A model generated the notes under the pieces. The model was not told the origin of the DNA, did no database searches, and saw only the letters and a program-made list of their open reading frames with translations. A program made the position numbers and the translations under genes. A stretch of 63,847 bases of DNA, counting the filler, from Licmophora abbreviata (Eukaryota), in assembly GCA_900291995.1 (NCBI GenBank). It is 7 parts of 7 records of this genome, joined end to end, with 100 filler letters (N's around TTAATTAATTAA, not from the genome) between each part and the next. Parts side by side here need not be neighbours in the genome. Positions count along the whole stretch, not along the records: positions 35,535 to 44,757 come from OLMU01001723.1; positions 44,858 to 47,573 come from OLMU01001724.1; positions 47,674 to 60,137 come from OLMU01001725.1; 4 more parts are not named here. One strand, 5' to 3'. Each line of letters starts with the position of its first letter. Within the stretch, counting starts at the first letter, position 1. Below are positions 42,284-54,972 of this stretch, one piece after another.

Positions 42284-42831
42284 GGTTCCGATTATAGGAT
42301 CTGCGCTTCTTGTGTACGCATGTCCGGAACCCTTAATGTGTTTTCTGATCGTGTTGTGAGAAAGATCGAATGAAGCAAGCAAGACAAGCGGCGCGTGGCT
42401 TGCATTTTTTGTTCTCTGTTCTTTGACACCTTGATGTGAGATCGTCCGGGGATTGATTCGGGTCTTGTAGGGCGCGCCTCGCTAATTATTAACATTCAGC
42501 TATTAATACGCTCAATATGTATATATAACTTGTGTAAAATAGCATACCATCACTGACAACAGGTGAACGGACAAAAACTCTGTAAAAACTATTTGCTCAT
42601 GGATACGCTATGCGCACCTCACTCAATTACTTATCTGGTACAATCCGTGTAGGTTTTCAACGTGAGAGATGGTAACACTGAGTTCCAAACAAAAAAGTGA
42701 GTGAATGCACGATCCTTCATATCCATGGTGGCCAATCGGACAGTGTCGTCGTTGTTTGGCACCCGCCCTCGCACCTCTCGGACGATTGTAAATACAGAAG
42801 AGTAGTGTTGAGCGGGTGCGGGTTCCAGGAA

Positions 42832-45800
42832 ATGGACCGGCAAATACCCCAGACTCCCGGTAATCAGATGTCGAGTCAGGCTTCTATTGACAGTCCGCGC
42901 CGTAGGAATCCTACAGAGAGCGACGTAGATGAATCTGGCGCAATTTTGGCTCGATCAGGTGGGATGAGCGAAAGTTGTCCCGAACGACCAACGCCGTCCA
43001 TGACGGGATCGTCGTCGTGGGACAGTGTCAGTGAAGGCGAAGATAGGGGCTGGAGGTCGTTGCGGCCAGATAGGAGAAAGACGATTGACACGACGACCCC
43101 GACGCTGGTTGACGAGGAAGACGAGGACGTGTTGGTGGACGAGGAGATAGTCTCGTACGAGCGGCAAGGCCACGATCAGCCAAAAAGCGACGGGAGCATA
43201 TCAAGGGGAACGCCAGGATCAAACCTGAAGTCGTCCGCTGTAGACCCCCGATCTGCATCTTTGAGGAGAACTCCAGGAGCTACTGCCATGCATCGTTCAG
43301 CCATTCGAAATCCCGTAGCACCGTCGACTGAGGTTGGAAATGCCGTCCTCGAGTTTGGTCTTTCCGTGTCGACGCCAATGTTGCCACCCGTCAAATCCAT
43401 GGATTCGAACTTATCGTCTGCATCGAAAGACTCTGCAAAAACTGTTGACCCGCAGGAAGCATCGCGACCGCCCCGCGCACCACACAACATGATCCTGGCG
43501 CACGACCAGCGCGAGAGCGGAAATTACACTCCAGCGGGATATACCCTTTCGAAAAATCCTCATGTCGACTTTAGCCGTGATTCTCCTCACACGATGCGTT
43601 TGACATCTGATATTGACAATCTTCTACTCGAAGACGACGACAAGCCGAACCAGGTGTTGCTTGCCCGTCAGCAGGTCTTTCGTAGAGAACTAGACAGTGA
43701 GCTTTCAGTGCAGTCTCCTATTCAGGCGCTTGACGAGGCAGAGGAGGAAGGCAAAGACAGCTGGATGAAATGGTACATTTTTAACAAGGACGGGGGAAAT
43801 GCGAGCCATAGAGCAGGAAGACCCCAGGGCAAAGCTCGACGTTCCAGTGGACGGCGCAGCCGCCAAGGTGATCTTAGCAAGGAAGGTGTCGAAACGGGTC
43901 GTGATACCCCTCAAGGACTACCAAAGCAGCAGAAACCGAAACCAGTGCGACGTACTCATGGATCAGCGACGGAGAACAAGTTCTCCATGGGGAGTAGCTT
44001 TGAGGATACGTCCGTAGCGTATGCTTCCGGCGTGTCAAGTGATGCCGGGGATATGCCGGGGCCTCGTCCACTGAACTTCGGTGGAGCCTTTGTGCGCCCT
44101 TCAAAAGAGACTACCGGTACCTTTCGCCGGTTTGTTCCGCTGTCTGTAGACAAGGAGGAGGGTTCTGTCGGAATAGGTGCGGGGTCTACACTGGGTATCG
44201 GCTCAGGCACAGAGGCTGGCTTTAGCACTTCGCAAGCGCGAGGAATGAACACAGTCCCTGGGCAGTTTTCGTTTTTCCCTGCAACTTATCCTCCTCCGGA
44301 GTCCTTTATTCATGGTGCACGTATTCATCAAGCCCAAGGCGATGGGCTATCGTCGCATGCGCCAAGTTTCCATCCCGCAGTTCACGCATCGGCGTACGGT
44401 GCTCCGTCGTTTGGTGGCCCACCAGACGTGCAAATGACATATCACCCAATGGTGAACTATCCAGTCCCCGACCAGCAGCTTATGGCTAGTCACCCCGCCC
44501 CACCATTTGCGCCTTCACATGCACAGCCGACGGCGCCTATTACTTTTGAGCGCTCAGGCTGGCCTCACGCGATGGCGTACAATCAGGTTCAAGGTCCAGT
44601 CGAAGGAAACTGGCACGCTGGAGGCACTAGCCACCAGTGGGCACCGGTAAATGAGTACGGCTACGATGTGCAGGATCCAAATATGGTTGACCCTCGCTTG
44701 CAGACACCAAGTCCACAGTTCCCAGCTTGGTTGGAAGGAGATGCAGTTGCGATGGAANNNNNNNNNNNNNNNNNNNNNNNNNNNNNNNNNNNNNNNNNNN
44801 NTTAATTAATTAANNNNNNNNNNNNNNNNNNNNNNNNNNNNNNNNNNNNNNNNNNNNCAGAACATTTTCATGCATGGCTCCACAGGGCAGCACGGCTTTA
44901 CAGCGGTCTCAGTGAGCCCGACGAACGCTGGAACACAAGGATCTCTCGCGCCCATGCCGGTTAGAGCAACGCGCGCCGAGCAGCAGGATCGGAAGAAGAA
45001 TAAGAAAATCCAAGAGAAGGGACAAGGAAAGGGCACGCGCAAGAAGGCTGAAGGGAAGCAAGGAGCATCGGACAAGTCGAAGACGAAGGATTTTCCTCAT
45101 GGAAAGAAAGTAGCGACGGGAAGCCCCAAAAAGAAGAAGAAACACTCGGAATTCTCTTCCTCTAGACCGGACTCGAAAGTCAGCGGGATGAATCAGGAAG
45201 TGAATGTCGACGGAAGTGGTGCGCCCAAAAATATGAACCCCGAGGAAGCCAAACGCGCAGAGCTTGTGGAAAGTCCTGCGACCCGATCGGCATTCAAGGA
45301 GTTCTATCGTGAGTTCCGCGCAAGAGAACGGTCCTCGCTTACCGATGCGGAATCATACGCCTTCAAAATGTTGACTGATAAATCGTTCCCGCAGAAAGTC
45401 CATTGGCGTGTTTATCTTGAGCTCGCTGATCTCGCAAAGCGTACGAACAGGTTTGACGAAGCACGAAAACGATACGGTATGGTCTGCCGATTGCAGCCGT
45501 ATGCTAGTCAGGGCTGGTTGGAATACAGCAAATTGGAAGAAGAATGTGGCGAGTTCCAGAAATGTTCAGAGATTCTGCATCGTGGACTTGAGTGTTGCGA
45601 GCTCAGCGAGAACCTTCTCACGCGTGCCATAAAACACGAGGAGAAAATGGGGAAGCCTGAACACATATTGAAAGCGAGACAGCTTTTAGCGCGTGTAAAG
45701 CATTCTGGGATCGAAAAAGTGTGGAGAATTGTACTTGAAGGAGCGATGATGGAGGCACGAGTAGGCAGGTCCGTTATGGCTCGAAAGGTACTGAAGGTCT

Positions 45801-47551
45801 TGATGCATCACGTCCCATGGTATGGGCCGCTTTATCTCGAGGCATTTCGTCTAGAGAGAGATCTCGGAAAGTATTCTGATGCACTGACAATTGTTGATCG
45901 CGGCCTATCTTCTATTCCACGATACGGTCCCTTGTGGTTTGGAGCTTTCCGAATTTGTGAGATGCTCGATGCAGGAGCCGGTGCTCTCAGTCTACCAAGG
46001 ACGACTGCGATGTTCGACCGCGCATCGACTAACATCAGTCGAGAGCTTACGTGGAAGGTGCATCTCGAAGCTGCGCAGATTTATGAGCGGAACGCCATTC
46101 AAGTCACGGCCGACGCAACAGAAGAGGAGGAAATTCTCGCTAACAATCTCATTCTTTGCCGCGAGAGGTTTGCCATGACTGTTTTGAGCTGTCCACCAAA
46201 TCTAAGTTGGAAGGTGTGGTTAGCAAGTGGTCGCATGGAGCTTTCTGCTGGCCATCCTGATAAAGCACGATCCCTTTTCTTGCGCGCCGCAGAGGTCGTC
46301 CCTGAGAAGGGAAGGGTCGCCGCACTTCTCGAATGCGCTCGACTTGAAGAGTTTATTGGGAAACTAGATTTGGCCCGCGCTCTTTTGTGCGAAGGTCGAA
46401 GTGAAGTCGGATCGGACTGGAAGGTTTGGCTAGAGAGTGTCCTATTGGAAGTCCGCAGTGGCAATTGCTACCGTGCCATTGATTTTGCGAAGCGTGGTCT
46501 CGAGATACACAATGGGACAGGCAGGCTTTGGGCTGCTCTTGTTCAGCTTCGTCACTATGAAGGAGGCGAAGACGCGCAATACGCGGCCCTGAAGCGCGCC
46601 TTACATGCTGTTCCGAAGAGTGGAGAAGTTTGGTGCGAAGCAGGTCGAATTCACATGAATCCATTCTGTAAGACTTTCGACCTGGATCTCGCAAGCTTGC
46701 ATCTATTCTTTGCCACGCGCTTCACGCCCCAGTACGGCGACAGTTTCCTGGAAGCTGTGAAGCGAGAACTCTTGGAAGGATGGATGACCCAAGTTGCGTT
46801 CGGCCTTTGGAAGGAGCTTCTCCGGTCGTACACGGACAAAATCATAGCTTGTCGTGATGAAGGCGGCAGGAGTGATATCGTGATTGCAAGCATTGTCCGA
46901 CGCACCTTTCGACTCGTTCGCCATGCTCTCGAGCGCGACGATGCGAAAGATGCGTCATCAAAGGCTGTCGATGACCACGACAAAGCCATTGTCTCGTTTC
47001 TCCGTGAAAGCTTGAGCCGCGAATTTTGCGAGACCCACGTCGACATGTCTATGCTGGAGCTTCGCTGCGCCAACGCTGATCCGAACTACGGTCCCTTGTG
47101 GTTCCACTGTCGGCAGGGGCCAATTGACACTGCGAGGGTTGTGATTGCAAGCGGCCGAGAGATCTTTACGAACGAGATGGTTGCATATGCTGACATATAT
47201 GTTTCAGCCATTGTTCGCCGCTTCGCCGTCATCGTCGCACTCAAATACGAACACCAATCCGAGCCTTCGACGGACGTTACGGCAGAAGAACACGAAACCA
47301 CTTATGCCAAGGCACAGGACGGATGGAAGTCTCTCGTCGAAGCTCGTCTCCGATCCGCTCCTTCGCTACAAGAAATTCTCAACGCACAAGGAAGTACTGA
47401 CGGATCAGACACGGTCCTTTTGGAAAGTTCCGTGTCTGGATCTGATTTTATTACTGGTGTCGTCGAGTTGAACAAGCACATGCCCTTGGAGGACATGTCG
47501 CCCATTCAGAAGAGAAAGACGATCTTTGGAAGTGACGCTCTTTTCTCGTGA
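42832..47551 (+). CDS. Large HAT/TPR-repeat protein with low-complexity N-terminus, probably one gene across the gap
   Basis: Both flanks of the 44758 gap are open on +; HAT repeats WRVYLELA, GWLEYSKLEEE, YGPLW, WKVWL, PKSGEVWCE, NADPNYGPLW. Confidence 0.7.
44758..44857. other. Assembly spacer
   Basis: N44-TTAATTAATTAA-N44. Confidence 0.99.
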
Positions 47552-47573
47552 AACTAAAACGATTGATTGATTC

Positions 47574-47673
47574 NNNNNNNNNNNNNNNNNNNNNNNNNNN
47601 NNNNNNNNNNNNNNNNNTTAATTAATTAANNNNNNNNNNNNNNNNNNNNNNNNNNNNNNNNNNNNNNNNNNNN
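47574..47673. other. Assembly spacer; both flanks share CGATTGATTGATTC
   Basis: N44-TTAATTAATTAA-N44; identical 14-mer at 47560-47573 and 47674-47687. Confidence 0.97.
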
Positions 47674-48047
47674 CGATTGATTGATTCGCACAGTCTGGCA
47701 GATTCTTGAAGACTGTTAGACATGATTTTGCGATTGATCCGGACGTACCCCAAAGTGCTTCTTCCTAGATAGATGTGAAGTTCAAATAGGACTAGAAGCA
47801 AAGCAGAAAGAACTGCCTCTAGAGAGTGGATGCAAGTGCGTTGTGATTTGCCGCGAGCCTCGTGCGAAATCTTGTTTGAAATGTCGTACATTTTGATGGA
47901 TACAAGGACGATGAGGTCTTCGAGCTCCACTATGACCATACAATTTCAATTTGACTCTCCACTCCGCCGGCGGCATCATTACAATGACTGCGACGACGCC
48001 GGTCCGCGGACTATGCACACGGGAACCTTCGTCCATCGACGTTGGTA

Positions 48048-49480
48048 ATGCAGCGTCGAGTACGCGGTGACGATGGAGTGAGATCAGAAGCTCCTCCTGT
48101 TTCGATGCTGAGCGAGAGTGAGCTTCCCAAGAAGAAGTCCCACGCTGGTGCACTGCGCTTGATTGGTGTCGTTGTATCTCTGGCCGCAGTGGTGGGCTAT
48201 TTCTGGCCCTCCAAGGGCTCATGGAGGTATCTAGATACCAGTATAGAAGTCGAGAAGGGTGTCGTCCTTCGGCTGGACCTTGACCGCGCAACTTTCGGTG
48301 GTCAGGAGATTACTCTGGGTCCTCATTCGGTCATTCTGGAGCTCAAAAAGGAGTGTTCGTCACCGCATCTCTTGCGGATGCGACTGACAGGCGATGCTTT
48401 GGTCCCGATTATTTTTGAGCGGAGCAGCGTCACTCTATGGTTCGCCAATTTCACGATCCCAATGGAAGGGACGTATGCGGTTGAAGCTGTATGGTACGGA
48501 TGCGAAGACAATGTCGAGGGCAATGGTAGACGAATCCACACAGTAGCCTCGCGGAAATGTGGACGGCCACAGGCAGCAATGCTGGTACGCCGATCAAGAG
48601 TACGAATCGATCTTCAAACGGTGTCTTTCCGGACGGACTGTGGATATCGTCCAGCAAGTTTCAGGTCGAGCCGCCGATTACAAGTCACTACCTTTGGAGC
48701 GACCTCGCGACACCCCATAGCTCGGCTTCGCTCCTTCAGGCGGAGAATGGTCTTGGCGTTTCAACAGTTGTAAAGGAGGCAACACCGATACCCGAGCAGT
48801 TTGGAGACTTGAGCAACTATGAGATTGTGTGCTGGTTGGGCGGGCACTCGGCGTATGGTATATATCAATCGTTTCTGTCGCTTCGACCTGCCATGTTTCC
48901 CCACCAGAGGCCCTTCAAGTTTCATTACAAGAATCTTACCAGTTTCACAAAGCCTGATCAACATTGGGAGGATGGCGAGAAGGAGCGATTTCGCAAGTGC
49001 AAAATCCTTTTTGTGTCCGCCGAAGATCTGGACGAGCCCCTGACGCAATCCGAGTACAAGGGTCAAGTTAGGACTTTCTTGGGACATCTGGCTAAGGCAT
49101 TTCCCGACGACACCTTTCCAATCTGGATGGGTACTTTCATCACCGAGCCTTCCATTCAGAGCTCTCGCATGTGCACTAATCCCTCGACTGCGACTGCGAC
49201 TATGAACCACCCATGCAACGCTGCGCTCTTTGATTTGTTCCGGAAATCTCCGTTTCCACCCAGAGTGAAGCTTCTGGACACTACAGACCTTGTTCATCCT
49301 CAATTCGACGAGAATCTGAATGATGTTTTGTCAGTTATTGCGATGCGGGTTTTCGCCATTGTCGGACGGCAGGTCGCCGAATGGCGAAGAAAGAATCTTC
49401 AGAAAGGCATGAAAGCTGGTCTGATGCGGAATGGTGTGCTCGAGCCGAACAAGGAATATGTGGCCTATGAGTGGACATAG
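48048..49480 (+). CDS. Type II membrane protein (Ig-like + SGNH/PC-esterase-like region), frame break near 48494-48560
   Basis: Single N-terminal TM segment, FTIPMEGTYAVEAVWYGC, then a second ORF with VCWLGGHSA...VKLLDTTDL; frames differ. Confidence 0.5.
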
Positions 49481-49775
49481 TACTCATCTCTATAGTAGAA
49501 AAGGCGGTTGATTGCATCTTAGCAAGCGTATGACATCGTCACTTCCCACAAAATGTGAGGCTGGTTTCAAACACGTCATGTCATATGCCATAAGGCGATT
49601 CTACGCAATTTTTGTACCACGGATTGGGCGCCAAAGTTGAAGTTCCGTAAGGCGAACACACGATAGGATCGGCGCAGCTGCCCTCGTATCGGGCGTCCTA
49701 TAGTATGATACTGAGCACGATGGCAGAACCAAAACGGTGCCCGTCAACATAGCGATTTACAAGGAGGAGCCGTCC

Positions 49776-51588
49776 ATGAACGCAATGAGAACGAAAAGAG
49801 GTCTGGTCTTGATTGCCTGCGCTGCTGTTATCGTCGTACCAGATGAAGTCCATGGCTTTGTTCCGGCTCGACCATCACTATCAGGCCGACATTCGCCTGC
49901 CGCGCACATTAACCTCCTAGGGACTACCAAGACGCGACACGTTCCCTCGAGAACTAACTCTAGTTTACGAATGAGTACTTCAGGAGGGATCGAAACCAAG
50001 TCCGTGGGTGACATGTCGGAGCTCGAGATTGCACGTGACCCAATGAGACGGTTTCGGACAGCAGGATTTGTGTTGGTACTCGCAGCACTGGTGGGCGCAT
50101 TGTCGGGTTGGTCTGTCGCGCTTTTTAAGTTGGCCATTGAGGCTGTACGAGATATCACCTACGGGTCCTCTTCATCGGCGGCAGTCTTATGCTTGATTCC
50201 TGCATTAGGAGGGGTGCTTACTGGCCTGCTTTCAATTCCTGGGAAAGACTTCCCACCGGGATTGAGGGGGACGGCGAAGGAAGTTGACGACTATTCTCAA
50301 TTGACTCCTGTGGAACAAATGAATTCCAAGAAGGAACCTCTACGATACCTACGAAAGGCTGCTGCGTCCGTATTTACCTTAGGGACCGGTAATAGCTTAG
50401 GCCCTGAGGGACCCTCAGTCGAGATCGGCATGTCAATGAGTCGAGTCGTTATGAATGTCTTTCCGTTCATGACGTTTGGAGTCGGCAAGGATATGTCCGA
50501 CAAGGATGTATCTCACCAAGCAGCCGTATGGAAACGAAATCGGCTGTTGCTTTCGTGTGGCGCTGCGGCTGGCGTAAGTGCCGGCTTCAACGCTCCGCTG
50601 GCGGGCGTCTTTTTTGTGCTCGAAATTGTACAACGGGCGTTCGAGCAAAACTCCTTTGGAAATAAGGTTGTGAACGGAGCTTCTACTGAGTCACTGGATA
50701 TCGACAGTCCAACTACTGCAACAAGCAATATCTCAGCGGTATTGATTGCGTCCGTGCTATCTGCTCTGGTGTCGCGAACGATTCTAGGGGATCATCTCGT
50801 GTTATCATTGTCTGAATACAAGCTTGTTACACCACTATCGGAGCTTCCTCTCTATCTGGGCCTGGGTGCTCTTTGTGGATCAATGGCTTTTGTCTTTAGT
50901 CAGACAGCCAAGCTTGCCGAGTCGCTATTTGCTGGTCAGCTGGGCCCGAAGGCGTTGAGGCGGGCCGTGCGTCGCTCCCCGCCGGGTACGAAACCAATCA
51001 TTGGCGGCCTATTGTGTGGTTTGATTGGCCTCGTGTACCCACAAACACTACTTTTTCGGCTACGAGACACTCAACTCTCTTTTAGCTAAGACTTCCCTTC
51101 CTACAGGGGTGCTGCTGTCGTTGTTGGGCGCCAAGACCTTTGCCACAGCGTTGGCGGCAGGAAGTGGCCTTGTTGGAGGAACATTCGCACCATCCTTATT
51201 CCTGGGTGCCATGCTTGGTGGCGCCTATCACAACACTATGGAATATCTGTTTCAGTTCACTGCGGAAGGTGGAGCCGCGGTAGCGGGCAGCATTGGAATG
51301 ATGCAGCTCGCTGACGTGCCGGCGTATGCCATGGTCGGAGCTGCCAGTCTGCTGGCGAGCTTGTTCCGCGCGCCCCTGACTGCGACTCTCTTGTTATTTG
51401 AGCTGACACGAGACTATGATGTGATCTTGCCACTCATGGCGAGCGCCGGTGTCGGAAGTCTGGTGGCCGACATTATTGAAGCCAAGGTTGAACAAGAACG
51501 CGTTCTTCAACTGCGAAGGGATCGTGACACTGTGTCCTTTGGAAACCTATCTGATAAAAGAGAGCAAGAGCAAGAAGACTTCGAGTAA
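49776..51588 (+). CDS. CLC chloride channel/transporter, plastid (CLCe-like), with +1 frame break at ~51051
   Basis: VHG-FVP bipartite site; GNSLGPEGPSVEIG, GFNAPLAG, GLVGGTFAPSLF, RAPLT..LLLFELT; FFGYET lies in the second frame. Confidence 0.88.
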
Positions 51589-51817
51589 GTATATTGAATC
51601 AATCATATACTCAATACTTTAGACTTAGTGACGAAGGAACCTACTTCGTTGTCAGTGTATCGTAACACATCAGTTTTTGCTTAGCCGCAGGAGCTTTGTC
51701 TGTGAGCCTGTTTGGCTGTGAAATGCATGAAGTCTCCGATTGAATCTTTGAAGTCACTGAAATACCAGTACAGTCTGCGATTATTAGGTCATAATTCCAG
51801 CGAAGTCGTGTGAGACC

Positions 51818-54800
51818 ATGGCGCCGCCGACGGCAGCGACGCCGCCGCCTTCTGTGGCGAAGGGAGCTGGTACTTCTGTAGCTCGACCTCCTAACATGAG
51901 ATTGACGGGAGTGCCTGCTTCCTCAGCCTCGACAGACCCTGATGCGCTCTTGGATTCACTCGATGCCTACACATCCACTCGAGCGACGGCTGCCGCCGCT
52001 GCTGCCAAAGTCGCCCAGTCCGTACCGTCGTCTTCGGCAATGACATCCAGTTCGTCGTCGTTGGATCCCATAGATTTTCTAAATCGTCATTATACGACGG
52101 AATCAATGTTGGTTTCGCAGTTACCGTCGCTGCGCACGGCTGTGTCGGAGCGAATGGATCGTCTGGACGAGCGAATCTCAAATGCGTTGCAGAGACAGAG
52201 TGAGACGGCCGACACGACGCGACGACACGTCCAGGATGCCAAAGCGTCTGTTGCATCTCTGGAAAAGCGGATACGATTGGTGCAGTCCAAGGCTTCGCAA
52301 AGTGAGCGGGCTGTCTTGGAAATTACCAAAGATATGAAGCGCCTCGACGCGGCCAAGCGTCACTTGCAGCGAACCATTACAACGCTCAAGCGCCTACACA
52401 TGCTTGTGCATGCTGTAGAACAGCTGCGTTTGGCGTCTTTGCTGAAGCCATTTCCTGACTACAAGACAGCTTCGCACTTGGTAGATGCAACAAGGTTGTT
52501 ACTCAAGCACTTTGATGCGTACACGCACAAGGTTGAACAGATGCGTCAACTTGGCAAAAAAGTGACGGATATCCAGACGGAGCTCCGCAAGGGACTCGTT
52601 CGGGGCTTTCGAGTATCAGCGTTTGGTCTGATCAAGGCGTTGGAGCTGGAAGAGGGTATAAAAAAACCAGCCCCTTCATCGGCGCCCGTAGCTCCGTCTC
52701 AAAGAACCTCCTCCCTTCTCCCAACACCCGAACTCTCGTCGCTAGGCCTTGAAGACGACGCAGAAGAGGAGGAAGAAGATGATAACGAAGAAGAAGAAAC
52801 CTTACCTACAATGACTTCTGACGTGTTGGCGCATGGTACGCTTTTGTTGGATGCACTGGGAATGGATAGTCGCACAAACTTTGTCCGCGGGGTATGCAAT
52901 GACCATTTGGAAGCCTACGAAACTCTGTTTGGGCCTTCTCAGCCAGCGGCGGCGAAACCCAATAGCTTCAAGCTTGCCTCGTCCAACTTGTCTGATGATC
53001 GATCGCCTTCTAGCTTGGATCAAATGGAGCGACGCTTCGCGTGGTTTCGGCGAGCCTTGTCCGATATGGACGAAAAATTCCCTGGCGTGTTCCCGTCGTA
53101 TTGGAACTTTCATTATGCTATGACGCGTCGCTTCTTGGAGGTGGTAAGTACTACTCTGCCTTGAAGATACTGGCTCTTTTCATTTGATCTACACACTAAC
53201 GTGGCCTCAACTATTTGAATCAGACATACGAGCACACACTTAGCCTTTTGGATGGCCCTACGAAGGACCGCGACAGTGAAAACGCTACGATCCTTTTAAA
53301 GGCACTGCAGAAAACTATTTTGTTTGAAAAAGAAATGACTGCTAGGCTACAGAGAGACTATAACACTGTCTTTCTTGTCGAGTCTGCTGACGGCTCAAAG
53401 GCTGCCGCTCCAATGACACCTGTAAGAGGTGAAGATGGGGAGGTACTTGAATTTGACGAAGCTGGACGGGCTGTCGCCGCTGACAGCGCGGAAGGTATTC
53501 GCATCAAGTATGAACGTCAGAAGAAACAACAGGAAAGGGCTGGACCAGAACAGTCGGTGGCTGCTGCACTCGACGAAGGCCGTGCGTCAGCTGAGCAAGT
53601 GCCTGTTGAGCGCCTCGTTGGAGTTGCGTCGTGTGCTTTTGACAACTACATGTCGCCGTACATCGCTCTCGAAGAGCAGAGCATGGACGAGCAGCTGGTC
53701 GAGTCACTCAGCGACAGAGCGGTAGACACTCGTGGTGAATTACCTGTCTTCACGTCGTCTACGGCGCTCTTCGTTTACATCAAGGGAAGTATCACAAGGT
53801 GTACAGCTTTGACGAAAGGAAAGGCTTTCTTCCTTCTCTACCGAGCATTTCAAGATTCGCTGCGCAAGTATGCAACGACACTTGGCTCAAAGTTGCCATC
53901 GCCCTTCGTCGGTACATCTCTCGTTAGCGGGCTGACTGTTGCAGCATCCACATCTTCACTCGGGGTGAAACAAGACCCGCCAACGTCGTACAAGCTTCCG
54001 CCCGGTGGAGAAGTGACCGCCTGTCACGTGATTAGCACATGCGAGTACTGCGTAGACACTGTTGAAGCGCTAGAAGATCTCATTCGAGACACGATCGAGG
54101 ATGAATTTAAGGAAAAGATCGACATGATCTCTGAACAGGAGGCTTTTCACGACGTTGTTGCCAAGAGCCTCCGTGTGCTAGTATCCGGTCTGGAAAACCG
54201 CATGGACAACGCTCTGAAGGGAATGACGGGCATCAACTGGTCTACGTGCGACATGGTCGGCGAAGAGAGCTCCTACGTCCGCTCTATTCATGAGAAAATT
54301 GAGCCATTTGTGACCAGTTCGCGGGCGCTGTTGCCTTCATCGTACTTTCGCAGCTTTTACGACAAGTTCGCAACTGGGTTTACAAGCATTTACTACCAAG
54401 CCATCCTTCGTCTCAAACGCATCAGCGAGATGGGTACCCAGCAGCTTCTGCTGGATGTGTACAACATCAAAACGTTAATTCTGAGGATCCCAGTTTTGGA
54501 GAAAAAATCATCCAAGGAGACCAAGAGTGGATCGACGAGTTCTTCGATCGCGCCGGCGATGTACACCAAGATGGTGACAAAACAGTTCAAGAAGATTGAG
54601 ACTCTTCTCAAACTTGTCGGTACGCCACCTGAACTTCTCATTGACGTGTTCAAGGTGCAATGGGTCGGAGGCTCGGCATTGGATCTCCAGTTGGTGATGA
54701 CCCTCAAAGGTATGAAGCGAACGGAACAGGCAGCAATGCTGGAGAAGTTCGGTGTTGATCCAGCCACTGCGCTCAAGGGCGCAACCGTAGGAGTGACAGG

Positions 54801-54927
54801 GGGAGCCATCGTGACAGAGAGAGTCCAAGCACTACAAGAGCGAAGCTCGGATGTTGCAGCGAAGGTCAATTCGGATCTTACACAGATGCGAGCCCGAGTA
54901 GACGACTTTCGAAAGGCCTTTCGGTAG
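51818..54927 (+). CDS. VPS53: GARP/EARP complex subunit VPS53 (intron 53144-53223)
   Basis: DPIDFLN, ITKDMKRLDAAKRHLQRTITTLKRLHMLVHAVEQL, ERRFAWFRR, QQLLLD, LLKLV. Confidence 0.92.
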
Positions 54928-54972
54928 GGAAGCAACACTAGCTTATCCAGCTTCTACTCCAACCATTCTCTA

